Assembly (NCBI GenBank): GCA_018897195.1 | Contig: JAHILH010000005.1 | Location: 745 to 64,744 of the forward strand | Length of the DNA stretch: 64,000 nucleotides | Source: Patescibacteria group bacterium | GTDB lineage: Bacteria; Patescibacteriota; Patescibacteriia; Patescibacteriales; UBA12075 | Reading direction: 5' to 3' | Part shown: piece after piece, positions 62,896-64,000 of the stretch | Layout of the letters: the number at the start of each line of letters is the position of its first letter | Numbering within the stretch: the first letter of the stretch is position 1 | The notes under the pieces: generated by a model | Database searches by the model: none | The model's input: the letters and a program-made list of their open reading frames with translations, nothing else | Told to the model about the DNA's origin: nothing | Position numbers and translations under genes: made by a program

Positions 62896-64000
62896 TTAGA
62901 ACGGCTTGCCAATTCCCAGCTCATCGCAAAACTCCGCAATCTTATTTTGCAAACCAATCTCATTAGCATTCAATTTCCTCAGGCTCTCTGCCACCGCTTC
63001 AATATCAATTACCTCCTCCTCTTCAAAAGTATCCACATAGCGTGGAATATTCAAATTGTATTCATTCTCACGAATCTCCTCCATTGTTGCCCGATGGGAG
63101 TATTTCTCGATCTCTTTGCGCTCTTTGTAGGTCACAAAAATCTTCGCAATGTTATCATCAGTCAATTTGTTTTGATTCTTTTCTTTTACAAAATCTTTAG
63201 ACGCATCAATAAACAGAATACCCTCGTCATCACGACGGCATTTCTTAAACACCAACACAGTAGCAGGGATTGAAGTGCCATAAAAAAGATTAGCGGGCAA
63301 ACCAATTACGGCATCGAGGTAGTTTTGTTTTTCAATGATATGCTTGCGAATATGCCCCTCAGCTCCAGAGCGAAACAAGGCGCCATGTGGTAACACAACA
63401 GCCATAGTGCCATTATCCGCCAAGTGGTAAAGCATGTGCGTCACAAAAGCGTAATCAGCCGCACTTTTTGGCGCTAGTCGTCCGTATTGTGAGAATCTGT
63501 CGTCATGAGCTAGTTGCGGATCAGTGTCGCCCTTCCATTGAGCCGAGAACGGTGGATTGGCTACTATTGCCTCAGCTTTAAGATCGGCGTGCATATCCTC
63601 TTTGAGCGTATCACCGTGGCGAATATCGAAATGGTCGAAGTGAACGCCATGCAAGATCATGTTCATGCGAGCCAAATTGTAAGTCGTTGGGTTTTGTTCT
63701 TGACCGAAATAACTAACCACATCAGTGTAGTCACCGATACGAAGCAAGAGTGAGCCAGAGCCACAAGTCGGATCATAGACAGACTTAATTCGTTTCTTGT
63801 CTTGAGACACAATCTGAGCCAACAGCCGAGAGATTTGGGCAGGGGTATAAAACTCACCGCCTTTCTTGCCAGCACCAGCAGCGAATTCGCCGATCAGGTA
63901 TTCATAGGCATCACCAAGTAAGTCACTCTTAGTGTCTTCCAGCTTGAAATCTATACCACTGAGCAAAGACAACACCTCAACTACCACTTCATTCTTTTGA
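62896..64000 (-). CDS. hsdM: type I restriction-modification methyltransferase subunit (partial; N-terminus beyond window)
   Basis: DPTCGSGSLL AdoMet motif and the catalytic motif IVANPPFS. The reading frame stays open to position 64000. Confidence 0.92.
   Translation of the reverse strand, partial: QKNEVVVEVLSLLSGIDFKLEDTKSDLLGDAYEYLIGEFAAGAGKKGGEFYTPAQISRLLAQIVSQDKKRIKSVYDPTCGSGSLLLRIGDYTDVVSYFGQEQNPTTYNLARMNMILHGVHFDHFDIRHGDTLKEDMHADLKAEAIVANPPFSAQWKGDTDPQLAHDDRFSQYGRLAPKSAADYAFVTHMLYHLADNGTMAVVLPHGALFRSGAEGHIRKHIIEKQNYLDAVIGLPANLFYGTSIPATVLVFKKCRRDDEGILFIDASKDFVKEKNQNKLTDDNIAKIFVTYKERKEIEKYSHRATMEEIRENEYNLNIPRYVDTFEEEEVIDIEAVAESLRKLNANEIGLQNKIAEFCDELGIGKPF

Noticed and set aside
1-64000. 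Search for CRISPR arrays, rRNA, transposases, integrases and reverse transcriptases.
   Set aside because: No regularly spaced direct repeats and no ORF with the corresponding catalytic motifs were seen. The only repeats are the hairpin families and the terminator duplicate reported above.

Overview
This window is a low-GC, gene-dense bacterial chromosome segment. Hand-counted 60-nt lines give 28-40% G+C. It uses the standard genetic code, with TGA as a stop, and most genes are on the minus strand. The gene content suggests a CPR/Patescibacteria (Parcubacteria-like) genome, but that is inference only: a minimal housekeeping set, a DUF4012 protein, a membrane-anchored T4CP-like ATPase, and a cohesin-like secreted protein with duplicated AWYVYP..RYFLG motifs. 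All family calls rest on motifs read from the translations; no searches were run.

Housekeeping genes:
- DEAD-box helicase, dnaX, secA, rnpA, dus, a DHH phosphoesterase, hsp20, a VanW protein, rarA, recG, a P-type ATPase, trmH and rmuC.
- Seven tRNAs: Gln-CUG, Ile-UAU, Val-GAC, Ser-GCU, Ser-UGA and Arg-GCG, plus one 3' tRNA fragment.

Accessory or unusual content:
1. The right end (about 53.4 kb to the window edge) is a type I R-M island. It starts at a tRNA 3'-end fragment. Four non-R-M genes are interleaved in the hsdM-hsdS-hsdR operon: an AAA ATPase with an RloB-like protein, and two unknown proteins.
2. Near 31.7-31.9 kb a promoter drives a strand-specific, roughly 175-nt rod-like RNA. It ends in an intrinsic terminator just upstream of a 62-aa ORF.
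3. A GC-rich patch (about 17.3-18.7 kb) looks foreign. It carries a homolog of the adjacent AT-rich gene.
4. There are two families of GC-rich hairpin repeats. One copy is inserted in frame inside the recG helicase core. A nested-palindrome, MITE-like element abuts the dnaX start.
5. A ClpP-fold gene is split by a G11 homopolymer.
6. A five-gene envelope operon is built around an orphan T4CP-like ATPase.

I saw no CRISPR array, rRNA, transposase or integrase in the window.
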